A DNA stretch of 64,000 nucleotides from the NCBI RefSeq assembly GCF_006345805.1, contig NC_042999.1, forward strand, positions 22,878,001 through 22,942,000, read 5' to 3'. Source of the DNA: Octopus sinensis (lineage: Eukaryota). Below are positions 27,122 to 40,962 of this stretch, in pieces; the first letter of the stretch is position 1; each line of letters opens with the position of its first letter. Both the position numbers and the translations under genes were made by a program. The notes beneath the pieces are model-generated. The model had not been told where the DNA came from. It searched no databases and saw only the letters and a list, made by a program, of their open reading frames with translations.

Positions 27122-27809
27122 GTAAATGTATGTGTGCATGCACGTACACACACACATATATGTACAAATATATCTACACACATATATATATATGTGTGAG
27201 TGTATGTATAAATATACATACATACATACATACATACATACATACATACATACATACATACACACATACATACATATATGCATGCATATAATGTTTACGA
27301 AAATCTACTCCAGATATTTGCTAACCGGAGGCTCCAGTAACAGACACTTGCCGAAGATGCAGACAGACCGGATCAAACCCAGCACCAACCAAACCCGCAA
27401 TAGTTGCGAACTGAACTTTTTCACCTCAGATAAATTGACCGAACATATATAACTATTTCAACTCAAAACGATGGTGGGAAAAACTGGAAACTCTACTATA
27501 ATACTAAAGTTGAATTACGAGCGTTAGCAATAACATTTATATTTCATAAATAATCTACAATCTCACAACACCTTGTTAAGTTATAAGCCTGTGTGGGATT
27601 TCTGCTTCACACGTAGAAAGAGAGATTCGCTAGAAATCTGAATGATAAATTCTGAGAACGGTAAAAGCGGACAGCATAATTACTAGATATATGACGTTCG
27701 TTACCCTTTTGTCGAGTGTTTGCGCCAACGGATAGGTTTTAATATGATAAATTGATGATTCCACTGAATTACATTATGGAATTATGCTTAAAACGTTGTA
27801 ATTTCACTT

Positions 27810-29221
<1,412 letters not shown>

Positions 29222-29519
29222 CAGACATGAATGCCATCTCTTTCTCACACGGATACCAGTATGACTCTCCTAGATCCAATTTGTTCTGCTCTATTCTTTT
29301 TTAAGTTCCTTGTATTATGATGGTTTCTTTCCTTTCTGCACTGAGGAGTACGGTGATGTTTATTTTATTTAATTCAACCATGAATTTATATTATTTTTAT
29401 ATCCCTGTACGAAACGATCGTCTGAAAGAATTAAACTCCTTAAAAGTTTTAACAACTCGTTTCCTCCATTTTAACTTCATTCCATAAATTCATCATACAT
29501 TATATATTTTTGTAATTAT

Positions 29520-29720
29520 ATGTGGATTGTTGGCAAATTTTTTCCTCCGTCTTCTTTTCTCTTGAACTTTCCTCAGTCTCTTTTTTCTGAAGAAGAGCTT
29601 TACTCGAAATGTAAAACACCCTTTCTTTTCTTCCCTGGGCGTCTTATTAATACTATGCATGTACCACGTACTCGCGTTGTTGTTTTTGTTCGTTTTGTTA
29701 TTAATTATATATATGTATAT
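29520..29720 (+). mobile_element. Second copy of the family-2 hammerhead-bearing element
   Basis: Shares TGTTGGC..TTTTCCTC.GTCTTC, the core, and CCTG.GCGTC..CCACGT.CTCGCGTTGT with the 21895-22097 copy; a more decayed relative lies at ~30000-30180. Confidence 0.6.
29582..29618 (+). ncRNA. Minimal hammerhead motif (family 2)
   Basis: TTTTT-CTGAAGA-A-GAG-CTTTA-CTC-GAAA-T-GT-A-AAACA; flanks are homologous to the 21895-22097 element. Confidence 0.5.
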
Positions 29721-30479
29721 ATATACATATACACATATATCGTTGCTATTATGTTAAACTGTCGTATGTCCAAATTTGGCCAAAGGCGTTTATTTTCCTA
29801 TATTCAATTTTGTTTGCAATAGCCGGTTCTTTTAGTCAAAATAATCGTATCTCCAGCTGCTTCAAATGCCAAGATAAGAAAAATTGTCAAAGTGTAGTAC
29901 AACGGTTTAGCATTTTTCAAAAGTGTAGTATGTTCCACGCTGTTCCAGTATAGCCCCTGCCTCAGGGCTGAAACATAAAATAACATATAAAGCGTTAACC
30001 GTTAGACATTTTCTCTCTCTCCGATTCTTTTTCATTCTCTGTCCATTTTTTTTTTCTCACAATACTTTATTTCGAAGACTTTTACATTCTTCCTGGGCGT
30101 CAAATTAATACACCTGTTTGTTGTTCCCTCACCTGCCTTCGTCATTTGTTTTCTATAAATTTGAACTATAAATATATAATGAAATTATTGTATATAGTGC
30201 TCAGGTGCACCACAACTTGTCAAAAGTGTGTATAAAGCACATGCAGAAATGTACAAATGTGTGGGAAGTAAACAGTGTATGAGTCAGATACATGCTTGCG
30301 TGTGTATGGAGGAGAGAAAATCAGATGTAGTGTTGGCGAATCTCAGGAAGCATGGAAGTTTTGAAGGACGCAGTGCCCCAACAACTAACATCTGATGTCG
30401 GTAGTTTGTTCCATACTTCAGCAACTCTTAGCATGAAAAAATGTTTCTGAAAGTCATGTGTTATATATAATATATATAC

Positions 30480-30548
<69 letters not shown>

Positions 30549-31060
30549 ATATATATATATAATATATATATATATATACAACACATATATAGACATAGAG
30601 AGTGAGAGGAAGAAAGAGAGGGATAAAAATTCCAATATGTAAAACACCATATAAAATGAACTCTTGATCTACTAAAATTATCTCTGTCTCAAGAGAATGT
30701 TTCATAATTACCAAAAGCCAATTAAGTCCAGCTTGACTAAAGGAGGGAAGAAAATCACATGATTCAATGACTATCCGAAGGTGACATGCCTCTAAAGTAA
30801 AGGACAAGCTTATTGTCTAGATACGTGTTTCTTGCTTGATAACTGTCATCTGTACAATTGTCAGACATTATCTTCAGACGCCATGCGACTTACACTTATA
30901 CAAAAAAGAGTAGATAAAGATTCGATTCTATGATTTGACAGCGTGGGCAAATGTTTATTATAGCGCCAGTCTCCACGAACACTTGTGAGATAATTTGGTA
31001 GTTGGAAAGAATGAAACCTGTTTATATATATAATAATATATATATATATATATATATATA

Positions 31061-31296
31061 TGTAAAGTAATATGTGACAATTATTCGGTAGCCATGATAA
31101 AATTCGAGTTTTGGATGTCGGGGCGGAACTCACACCGTCATCTCTTCAGTTATTCGGCCATCGAAAAAATGCTATGAAAATGACGGTTAAACAAAGGGAA
31201 ATTACTGTGTGATTGGCGGTGTGGGTTTCCGCCCCGACATCCGAAACTCGGAGTTTTATCATGGCTACCGAATAATTGTCACATATTATATTTACA
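31061..31296. repeat. Foldback inverted repeat (~80-bp arms, ~70-nt spacer)
   Basis: TGTAAAGTAATATGTGACAATTATTCGGTAGCCATGATAAAA..GGATGTCGGGGCGGAA mirrored by TTCCGCCCCGACATCC..TTTTATCATGGCTACCGAATAATTGTCACATATTA..TTTACA. Confidence 0.9.
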
Positions 31297-31362
31297 GATA
31301 AATTTCTCTATTGACATAATATCGAAGTCTCTTTCATTCTCTTTTGGTCTTACCATTTCTAT

Positions 31363-31424
<62 letters not shown>

Positions 31425-31454
31425 ATTACTTGTAGGGATATCATATTCCGTTTA

Positions 31455-31890
31455 GCCTACTACCAAGTATAATAAAGGTTTATATGTCAATACAGTATCC
31501 TACCTCTTTGTCTTGGCAGTATCATTCGATCACTTTTAAGTTATCTCTACATGTATTCTATATAATTTGGAGCCAGCGTTGAGAGCTACAACGTTTCGTA
31601 TACAATAACGTCTATGTAAAAAAAAGCGATCGATAATAGAAAAATACGTAATAAGTGTGTATGCATATTTCGGTAGTTATTGCACTTTCTTCAGCACCAC
31701 ATCCAAACCATTTATCCTCTACGACGAACACATTACTTAAGTATGTTTAGCGGTGTAACAATATCGGTTAGACCAATTTACATATCGACCTCATTAAACA
31801 CATTCCTGGCAACTGGTACGTACCTATTAATTGCTGGTACGGACCCTGTATATAATACAACCATAATAATACTATACTACCAATTTTATT
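31455..31890 (-). mobile_element. Interspersed repeat (family 3), (TA)n-flanked; second copy at 35500-35745 (+)
   Basis: Shared GCTGGCTCCAAATTATATAGAATACATGTAGAGAT..AAAAGTGAT..ATACTGCCAA..GGTAGGATACTG block in both copies. Confidence 0.7.
31655..31699 (-). ncRNA. Hammerhead-like motif (family 3)
   Basis: Minus strand GGTG-CTGAAGA-A-AGTGCAATAACTACC-GAA-ATATGCATAC-A-CAC; homologous to the 35517 copy. Confidence 0.3.
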
Positions 31891-31896
31891 AGTTTC

Positions 31897-31934
<38 letters not shown>

Positions 31935-32053
31935 TACCTACATACGTACATTATCTATTATTCTAAATTATAGATTATGTGTATATACGTGGTGTAATTT
32001 ATAAATAGTTCTATATCAAACGTTGTGAATTTAAATATGTAATGCATAGATAC

Positions 32054-32084
<31 letters not shown>

Positions 32085-33544
32085 TGTATGTATGTATGTA
32101 TGTATGTATGTATGTATATGAAATGTATCATATATTTGTGTTCGTGCGACTGTGTCTTTGTTTACGACTCGGGTTGGTTATTTTTTATGTCAGCCAGTAA
32201 CAGCGAGACATAGTCACAATCACAGACAAATAAATTGTTAAAGCGAAAGGGAAAGACAGAGAGAGAGAGAGAGTGGGAGTAAGGGAGAGAGAGAGGAGGA
32301 GGGAGAGAGAGAGACTGAAGAACGAGAAGTAATGGGAGAGTAAAAGATCTGAGATCAAACGAAAATTTTATAGTTTTGTTCACCTAACTTCACATTAATT
32401 AGTTAGATATATCTACGGTGTGTGTGTGCTTACATGTGCAGACGAGTGTACATTAAGTGTATATAAATAATATAGTTTGTATGTGTGTGTGTGTGAGGAG
32501 TCTGTGTGTGTGTGGTTGTCTGTGCGTGTGTATGTATGAGTGCCAGTGTGTGCGTGTGTGTGTATGTCTGTGTGTTTGTAGGTGTGGGTGTCTGTGTGTG
32601 TACGTGTGAGTGCTTGTGTGTGCGTGTGTGTGTGTGTCTATGTGTGTGTCTATGTACGTGTGAGTACCTGTGTTTGCGTGTGTGTATGTCTGTGTGTGGG
32701 TGTCTGTGTCTGTGTGTGTACGTGTGAGTGACTATGTGTACGTATGTGTGTGTATGTCTGTGTGTGTGTATGGGTGGGTGTCTGTGCGCGCACGTATGAG
32801 TGCCTGTGTGTGCATGTGTGTATGTGTGCGCGTCTGTATGTGTCTGTGTGTGTGCGTGTGTATGTGCGTATGAAAGAGAAAAATAGAGTATGTGTTCCCC
32901 GTTCGAAAAGCAATGTGTATAGAAGTGGTTAAATCATATTCAATGATATTTGTGCCAAGTACACCATGGATCGGATACAGATACAGCTCCTTCCTGAACC
33001 ATATAGACTCATAAAAGCCTGTTTTCCGGTTTCTATGGCACATAAATTCTCCACCTGGATAGAACGCAAGTCCGTCACAGGACTACTCATTTTTGCCAGC
33101 TGAGTGGACTGGAGCAACGTGAAATGAAGTGTTTTGCTCAAGAATACAACGCGTCGCCCGGTCCAGGAATCGAAACCGCAACCTTACGAGAATGAATCCA
33201 ACACCCTAACCACTAAGCCATGCATCTCCACGTTGACCGCTCCCTGAACCATAAAGTTGCTTCTGAGGCTTTGTAGTGGATTGCCTAAAGATATGAGGGA
33301 CGGGTACAGACTGTCCTTTTGAATGGGTTGCAGTAGTCTTAAATAGTGGTTTTCCTTAGACAATTCCTGTCTATCAGAAGGTGTGTGAGACTTAAAACTG
33401 GAAACAAAGGTGTGAACTTAGATAAACAACGTTTAACATTCGGCTGCTTTTATTTGGTGACAAGATGTGTGAAAATCGATGGAGTTGTACCTGGTCAAAA
33501 ATGGGAATATACCAATGATTGATAGTGACAAATTAACTCTTCTT

Positions 33545-34392
33545 TTCTACTCTAGGCACAAGGCTGAAATTTTGGGGGAGGAGACCAGTCGATTAGATCG
33601 ATTCCAGTACGTAACCGGTATTTAATTTATCGACCCCGAAACGATAAAAAATAATGTCTACCTCGGCGGTGTTTGAACTCAGAACGTAAATACAGACGAA
33701 ATACCACTAAGCATTTCGCCCGGCGTGCTAACGATTCTTATTTCTTTATTGATCACAAGGAGCTAAACACAGAGGGGACAAACAAAGACAGACAAAGGGA
33801 TTAAGTCGATTACATCGACCGCAGTGCGTAACTGGTACTTATTTTATCAACCCCGAAAGGATAAAAAGCAAAGTCTACTTCGGCGGAATTTGAACTCAGA
33901 ACGTAGCGGCAGACGAAATACCTATTTCTTTACTACCCACAAGGGGTTAAACACAGAGGGGACAAACAAGGACAAATAAACGGATTAAGTCGATTACATC
34001 GACCCCAGTGCGTAACTGGTACTTATTTAATCGACCCCGAAAGGATGAAAAGCAAAGTCAACTTCGGCGGAACTTGAACTCAGAACGTAAAGACATACGA
34101 AATACTGCTAAGCATTTCGCCCAGCGTGCTAACATTTCTGCCAGCTCGCCGCCTTATATATATATTTCTTTATTGCCCACAAGGGGCTAAACATATAGGG
34201 GACAAACAAGGACAGACAAACGGATTAAGTCGATTATATCGATCCCAGTGCGTAACTGGTACTTATTTAATCGACCCCGAAAGAATGAAAGGCAAAGTCG
34301 ACCTCGGTGGAATTTGAACTCAGAACGTAGCGGCAAACGAAATACCGTTAAGCATTTCGCCCGGCGTGCTAACGATTCTGCCAGCTCGCCGC
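33545..34392 (-). mobile_element. SINE-B tetramer (three type 1 units and a terminal type 2)
   Basis: Junctions at ~34163, 33922/33923 and 33738/33739. Confidence 0.9.
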
Positions 34393-34599
34393 TTTGAGTG
34401 ACAAATTAACTTCATCAGTTAAGTCTTTCTCAACACGACTTTCACAATGACAAATACGTCTGTGTAAAAGCAACACTTAACACCTCTACACAAACCAATA
34501 AGGTTGTTTAGATGCCCGCACGCACAAATTATTTAACAGTGTCGTGGAGATGTATTCCAACATGTCGACATGTCTGTTGACACAGTTTTATATCTCTGA

Positions 34600-35065
34600 C
34601 TAGATATTTTGACCCGTGCTTCGCTCGGGTTTTGATGGGTGTTGTTTTGTGCGTGTTGTCTCCTTTTTCCCTTTCTTCTTTTGTCCGTCTTCTTTGCCTG
34701 GTTCTTTTTATTGCCCTCTTCTTTACCCCCACCCCTTTCCAAAATCCCCCAAATTTTTACACCCACAATTAAAAATAACCGCCTCTTGCCCCTGCAGCAA
34801 CACGAAAAGCTACCATTATTCAAAAAGCGCAACTTGTCTATCCCATAAAACTCAATTTTTCGCATATTCCTCATCATGGCAACCAAACGGTAGCCCCGAG
34901 CGACTTGCAACCCTCCTCGCACCATTGCCCACCCCATTTTAACCTCCCCTCCCGTGTAAATTTTGGCACCAATCCGACCCCATCTACTCCTTAAACTGTT
35001 CCCATCCCAATATGAGACAAATAACCAAGAAATCAAAGAACTGTTTCGCATTTCAGCTTTATAGA
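34600..35065 (-). mobile_element. Non-autonomous Helitron
   Basis: Minus strand A|TCTATAAAGCTGAAAT..CCCGAGCGAAGCACGGG hairpin..CTAG|T. Confidence 0.8.
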
Positions 35066-35516
35066 TATTGATAAACTGTCAACTACATCGTCGAGTTTTT
35101 CAATAATCTGAAATTACAGGTCCGTACTGAAAGAACCCCCATCACCATCGGTTATCATTCTTAGTGACTTGGATGCTTCACGTTTATATTTTACTTGCTT
35201 CAGTCATTAGACTGCGGCCGTGCTAGAGTACCACGTTGAAAGAAAGTTAGTCGAACGAATCGACCCCATTACTGAATTTTTTTCAAAGCCTGGTACTTAT
35301 TCTATCAGTGTTCTTTGCCGAACCGCTGAGTTATACGGACGTGAACACAGGTTATCGATTGGCTATAGAAGACACTTGCCCAAAGAGTCACGCAGTAGAA
35401 CGGGACCCAGAACAACGGAGTTCAGAAGAAAACTTCTTACCATGCAGTCATGTAGAGTGACACAAGGTTGGTAGACAAAAAAAGTTAGTGTTCGTGGATG
35501 ATTAATGGTTTGGATG

Positions 35517-35561
35517 TTGCACTGAAGAAAGTGCAATAACTACCGAAATATGTATATACAC
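35517..35561 (+). ncRNA. Hammerhead-like motif (family 3)
   Basis: CTGAAGA-A-AGTGCAATAACTACC-GAA-ATATGTATAT-A-CAC; stem II is weak. Confidence 0.3.
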
Positions 35562-35882
35562 TCATTACCTATTTTTCTATTATCGATCGCATTTTTTACA
35601 TAGACGTAATCGCATACGAAATGCTGTAACTCTCAGCGCTGGCTCCAAATTATATAGAATACATGTAGAGATGACTTAAAAGTGATTGGATCATACTGCC
35701 AACAGACAAAAGGTAGGATACTGGATTGACTTATAAACGTTTCTGCTATACTACTACTCAATTCAGTTCTCCACTCTACTCTGTTCTAGTCTACTACTCT
35801 TCGGCTACTAGGCTTCTCCCTCTATATCTACGTATTGGGCTAGCCTACTTCATCATCTGGGGGCGTTCAGACAACAAAAACA

Positions 35883-36312
35883 GGATCTTTTCGGTTTGAC
35901 CGGCAGTTTTTTCTAGCGGTGTCATATGAAATTGTCACCCGTAATTATGACCCTAGCAGCGATCTATTGCATTTCAATCTGTTTTAGGGTTAGGGTTAGG
36001 GGTGGGGTTAGGGGTGGGGGGAAGGGTATCTTTTTTTTCTTCAGAAATGTAAATAAACCCAATCTGTTTCTTAAACGAGGGACATATTCATACGGCACAG
36101 AATGTTTTCACCTCAATAGACGTCATTGATTGGTTGAAATTGCAGAAATTGAAGAAAAACAACAACAAATATCTTACAAACTATAGAATTTTCTCAATAA
36201 AACCAAGAGAAAAAGATGTTTTATAAACACATTCTACCAGTATACGAATTTTAAAAGTGATTAGTTACGTGGAAATTATTTTTAAAAACTGCCGGTCAAA
36301 CCGAAAAGATCC
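35883..36312. mobile_element. MITE with 29-bp perfect TIRs and internal TTAGGG-like repeats
   Basis: GGATCTTTTCGGTTTGACCGGCAGTTTTT (35883-35911) and its exact reverse complement (36284-36312); near-identical 8-bp flanks CAAAAACA/CCAAAACA. Confidence 0.85.
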
Positions 36313-37026
36313 CCAAAACATACATACATGGATGCGTAAATACATATATACATGCAAATACACAAACGTTAGCATGCATACATCAATGGTGGTTGCTCTA
36401 TCTTCAGAGATGGTTGCCATCTCATTGTGCTTCTTCGTTGTCAATGACGTGTTTGACTTACCGTCCATGACCTTTCGTATGAGTAATCAGTACCGTTGCA
36501 GATCTGCATGGTTTGAAGCATAAGTGACAGCTGAAAGTTACTTACTGCGAGATTCCAACTGGCTAGGTCAGCACAACCGTCACTCTTCCATCGCCATAGG
36601 ACCTTTAATAGATAGAATGACACATGATATTTATCGTAAAGAGACATCTGTATGTCACTGGATTATAGAAACATACCTGTATACATAAATGCATGAATGA
36701 CTGCATAAATACATAAGCACTTAAATGCTCCAGTGTTGGCATACATACATACATGCAAGCGCGCATACACACACACACACATACATACATACATACATAA
36801 TACATACATACATACATACATACATAATACATACATACATACATACAACATACATACATACATACATACATACATACATACATACATACATACATACATA
36901 CATACACACACACAGAGACATACATACACACACAGAGAGACATAAACACAAGGATTGCAACTTCAAGAATTTCAGGATGATGCTGGAGTATTTAGACAGT
37001 AGCTGAAATTCTTAACATTTATAGTT

Positions 37027-37063
<37 letters not shown>

Positions 37064-37244
37064 AAAGTGAGTAGTGGGACTGTGTGGTTCGAGAGTTTCA
37101 GGGTTTTGAGGTGTGTAGTACCACCTTACTAGTCACTGTCGTTCCCTAGTCTTCTCAGACCCGGAGTAATAAAAAAGTTAGGTGAAATTACCTTCTCGAG
37201 TCATAGCGACTCACAAGGGTTTCATGGCGTATATATTTTCCACC

Positions 37245-37700
37245 GTGGAGGCACATGGCCTAGTGGTCAGAGCAGCGGACTCGCGGTCGAGGGATCGCGG
37301 GTTCGAATCTCAGACCGAGCGATGTGTATGTTTATGAGGGAAACACCTAAGCTCCACGCAGCTCTGGCAGAAGGTAATGGCGATTTTCTGCTGACTCTTT
37401 CGCCACAACTTTCTCTCACTGCGATGGACTGGCGTCTCGTCCAGGTGGGAAACCTATACGCCAATGAAACCGGGTAACCAGCCCTATGAGCCAGGCATGG
37501 CTCGAGAAGGAACAAACAATATTTCCCACCTGGACGGGATGCCCGTCCGTCGCAGGATTATTCATTTTTGTCAGCCGATTGGACTAGAGTAACGTGAAAT
37601 GAAGGGTTTTGCTCAAGAACACAACACATCACCTGGTCCAGGAATCGAAACCGCAATGTTACGATCGTGAGTCCAACACCCTATCTACTAAGCCACGAGT
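37245..37700. mobile_element. SINE-C (+, 37245-37520) and SINE-D (-, 37530-37700), tail to tail
   Basis: tRNA heads point inward; CTGCGATGGACTGGCGTCTCGTCCAGG resembles the V-SINE core. Confidence 0.75.
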
Positions 37701-38134
37701 CCTCACACCAGGAGCGATAGCACCTGTTAGGGCTCCAGCTATGGTTTAACTAGCATCTGAACCACTGGGAATGAAGGACCCCTTGTTTTCGTTAGAACTT
37801 CCTTCTAGGAGAAAGCAAAGGCACATACGTTTTCTTATCATCTCAGCTTCTGTGGTGCCACTGCATTATAAAGTGGATTTAGCACTGTACACTACATTCT
37901 CCACTTTAGACTAATACAAGACCAGGAATTTCTTCAATACTTGGAAACGTTTATACCGACTTCCTGGGTTTCGGAAATGGTCTTATTCAGTCACGCGTTG
38001 ATTTCTACCTTATTTCTATGTATAGCTTAATTAAGAGATCCACGGATTGCAAGTTATTTTTATACAATCAGAATCTACCTATATCTCTAACTGGCTAGCT
38101 AGTTAGCTATATACTTACTTATTTAACTACTTAC

Positions 38135-38145
38135 CTACCTACCTG

Positions 38146-38228
<83 letters not shown>

Positions 38229-38236
38229 GCCTACCA

Positions 38237-38300
<64 letters not shown>

Positions 38301-38382
38301 GCCTACCTACCTACCTATCTACCCACCTATCTATCTACCCACCTACCTATCTATTTATCTGTCTATCTATCTACCCACCTAC

Positions 38383-38467
<85 letters not shown>

Positions 38468-38616
38468 AATCTATTTGTCTACCAATTTGTCTGTCTATCT
38501 GTCTGTCTAAGAATCTATCTACGTATCTACATACATAATTTATTATATCATTATAATCATATGTGTATGTGTGCGTGCAGTAATAATTTTATATTCGGAT
38601 AGACACCTTGTGTGTG

Positions 38617-38651
<35 letters not shown>

Positions 38652-38702
38652 AATACATGCACACACACACACACTCTCACACACACACACACACACACAC
38701 AC

Positions 38703-38769
<67 letters not shown>

Positions 38770-39265
38770 GTATGTATATATGTATGTATGTATGTGTGTG
38801 TGTATCTATGTATGTGTGTATGTATGTGTGTGTGTATGAATGTATGTATGTATGTATGTATGTATGTATGTATGAATGTATGTATGTGTGTGTATGTATG
38901 TATGTGTGTGTGTATGTATGTATGTATGTATGTATGTATGTATGTATGTATGTGTGTATGTATGTATGTATGTATGTATGTATGAATGTATGTATGTGTG
39001 TATGTATGTATGTATGTATGTATGTGTGTGTATGTATGTGTGTGTGTATGTATGTATGTATGTATGTATGTATGTATGTATGTATGTGTGTGTATGTATG
39101 TGTGTGTGTATGTATGTATGTATGTATGTATGTATGTGTATGTATGTATGTATGTATGTGTGTATGTATGTATGTGGTGTGTATGTATGTATGTGTGTGT
39201 GTATGTATGTATGTATGTATGTATGTATGTATGTGTGTATGTATGTATGTATGTATATATGTTAT
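38135..39265. repeat. (TATC)n block followed by (CA)n/(TA)n/(TATG)n block
   Basis: Direct inspection. Confidence 0.95.
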
Positions 39266-39435
39266 GTATACACACGTTATTGATGCATGATGTAAGCTGC
39301 TGATTCTTAATTACAGTGAAGAACACGGCAAATATTTCGTAACGTATTGCTGTCGGTCATGTATAAAATATGTGAACTAAAAGCTTAAACACCCGGCCTT
39401 TCTCTCCCCTGCTCTCTCCCTTTCTCCTCTTCCTC

Positions 39436-39712
39436 TCCCTCTGCCTCTCCCTCTGCCTCAACCGCTTCCTCTCCCTCTGCCTCAGCCGCTTCCTCTCCCT
39501 CTGCCTCAGCCGCTTCCTCTCCCTCTGCCTCAGCCGCTTCCTCTCCCTCTGCCTCAGCCGCTTCCTCTCCCTCTGCCTCAGCCGCTTCCTCTCCCTCTGC
39601 CTCAGCCGCTTCCTCTCCCTCTGCCTCAGCCGCTTCCTCTCCCTCTGCCTCAGCCGCTTCCTCTCCCTCTGCCTCAGCCGCTTCCTCTCCCTCTGCCTCA
39701 GCAGCTTCCTCT
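39436..39712. repeat. 24-bp minisatellite (CTTCCTCTCCCTCTGCCTCAGCCG), ~11 copies
   Basis: Near-perfect tandem units; reads as (RQRERKRL)10 on the minus strand. Confidence 0.95.
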
Positions 39713-40564
39713 TTTTCTCTCTCATTTAGTCACCTCTCACTTTCTCTGTAATCATTGCAATACACAGAAGGTGTCTTAGTGAAGGGGAAAAAAATCTGGT
39801 TCATTCATATAAGCAACTGAAACAATCGATCGAAGTGAAAGTAAAAGTAGATCTTACTGTGTAGCTATGTGGCTGTGGCGGTGGCGGTAGCGGTAGCTGT
39901 AGTGATAGCGAAAGTAAGTAAGTGATTAAAGGATTAACGCACAAGCATTGAACTCTGCTTAGCAAATGCAGAAACAAACATGAAACGCGCGTACACATAT
40001 GCACTTATAGTCACACACGCACGCACGTATATAAACACAGAAACACGTACAAATACATACACGCTTATACCTATATAAATTATTGGTGCGTTAACTGTGT
40101 GGCGTTTGAATGCTATAATGTACTACAGAATATATATCCAGATTATTTTTCATGAGCATCGTGTGTATAGGCAGATAGAAGCATGTTATCTTTCTGTATT
40201 ATTTATTTGTAGACGGGGAAAATAAGGATCACTGGAAATAATTTTAATCCTATTTGGGGGGATTTAGAAGAATTTATAGACGCATGGGTATCCTCTTTTA
40301 CTACGTATGGACAGTTTTCATAAACCAACCATTGTTAAGGGTATGAGGAAATTAAATAGACCAGTTTGCATACATAACACAATGTTGGCAGTTAGTAGGA
40401 TAAATATATTACGGGAGCGTCAGCAGTTTTCCGTTTAAAGCTATTACTGTGTCATAGAATATACATACATACATACATACATACATACATACATACATAC
40501 ATACATACATACATACATACATACATACATACATACTTACATACATACACATATATGTATATAT

Positions 40565-40774
40565 ACTCTTTTACTCTTTTACTTGTTTCAGTCGTTTGAC
40601 TGTAGCCATGTTGGAGCACTGTCTTTAGTCGAGCAAATCGACCTCAGAACTTATTCTTTGTGAGCCTAGTACTTGTTCTATCGGCTTCTTTTGCCGAACC
40701 GCTAAGTTACGGGGACGTAAACACACCAGCATCGGTTGTCAAGCGATGTTGGGGGTGGGACAAACACAGACATA

Positions 40775-40840
<66 letters not shown>
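40565..40840 (-). mobile_element. SINE-A 3' half whose (CA)n(TA) tract hosts the maT insertion
   Basis: 3' half followed by (CA)n and TA|CAGGGTG. Confidence 0.8.
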
Positions 40841-40842
<2 letters not shown>

Positions 40843-40962
40843 CAGGGTGGGGGAAAAGTAAGGAAGCATTAGAAAATGCTAATAAAATCCATATTCCTTT
40901 TACAAATTTATTGAAACAAAGGATACATGTTCTTTATTACATGGGAAAATGAAAATAAATCT

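Noticed and set aside
33545-34392. CRISPR-like repeat-spacer array
   Set aside because: Units are 180-240-bp SINE copies without unique spacers, in a eukaryotic context.
35985-36020. Telomere or chromosome-fusion relic
   Set aside because: Only a few TTAGGG units, lying inside a TIR-bounded MITE.
39357-39725. ORF with (RQRERKRL)10 resembling a basic low-complexity protein
   Set aside because: Fully explained by the 24-bp minisatellite; no splice or domain support.
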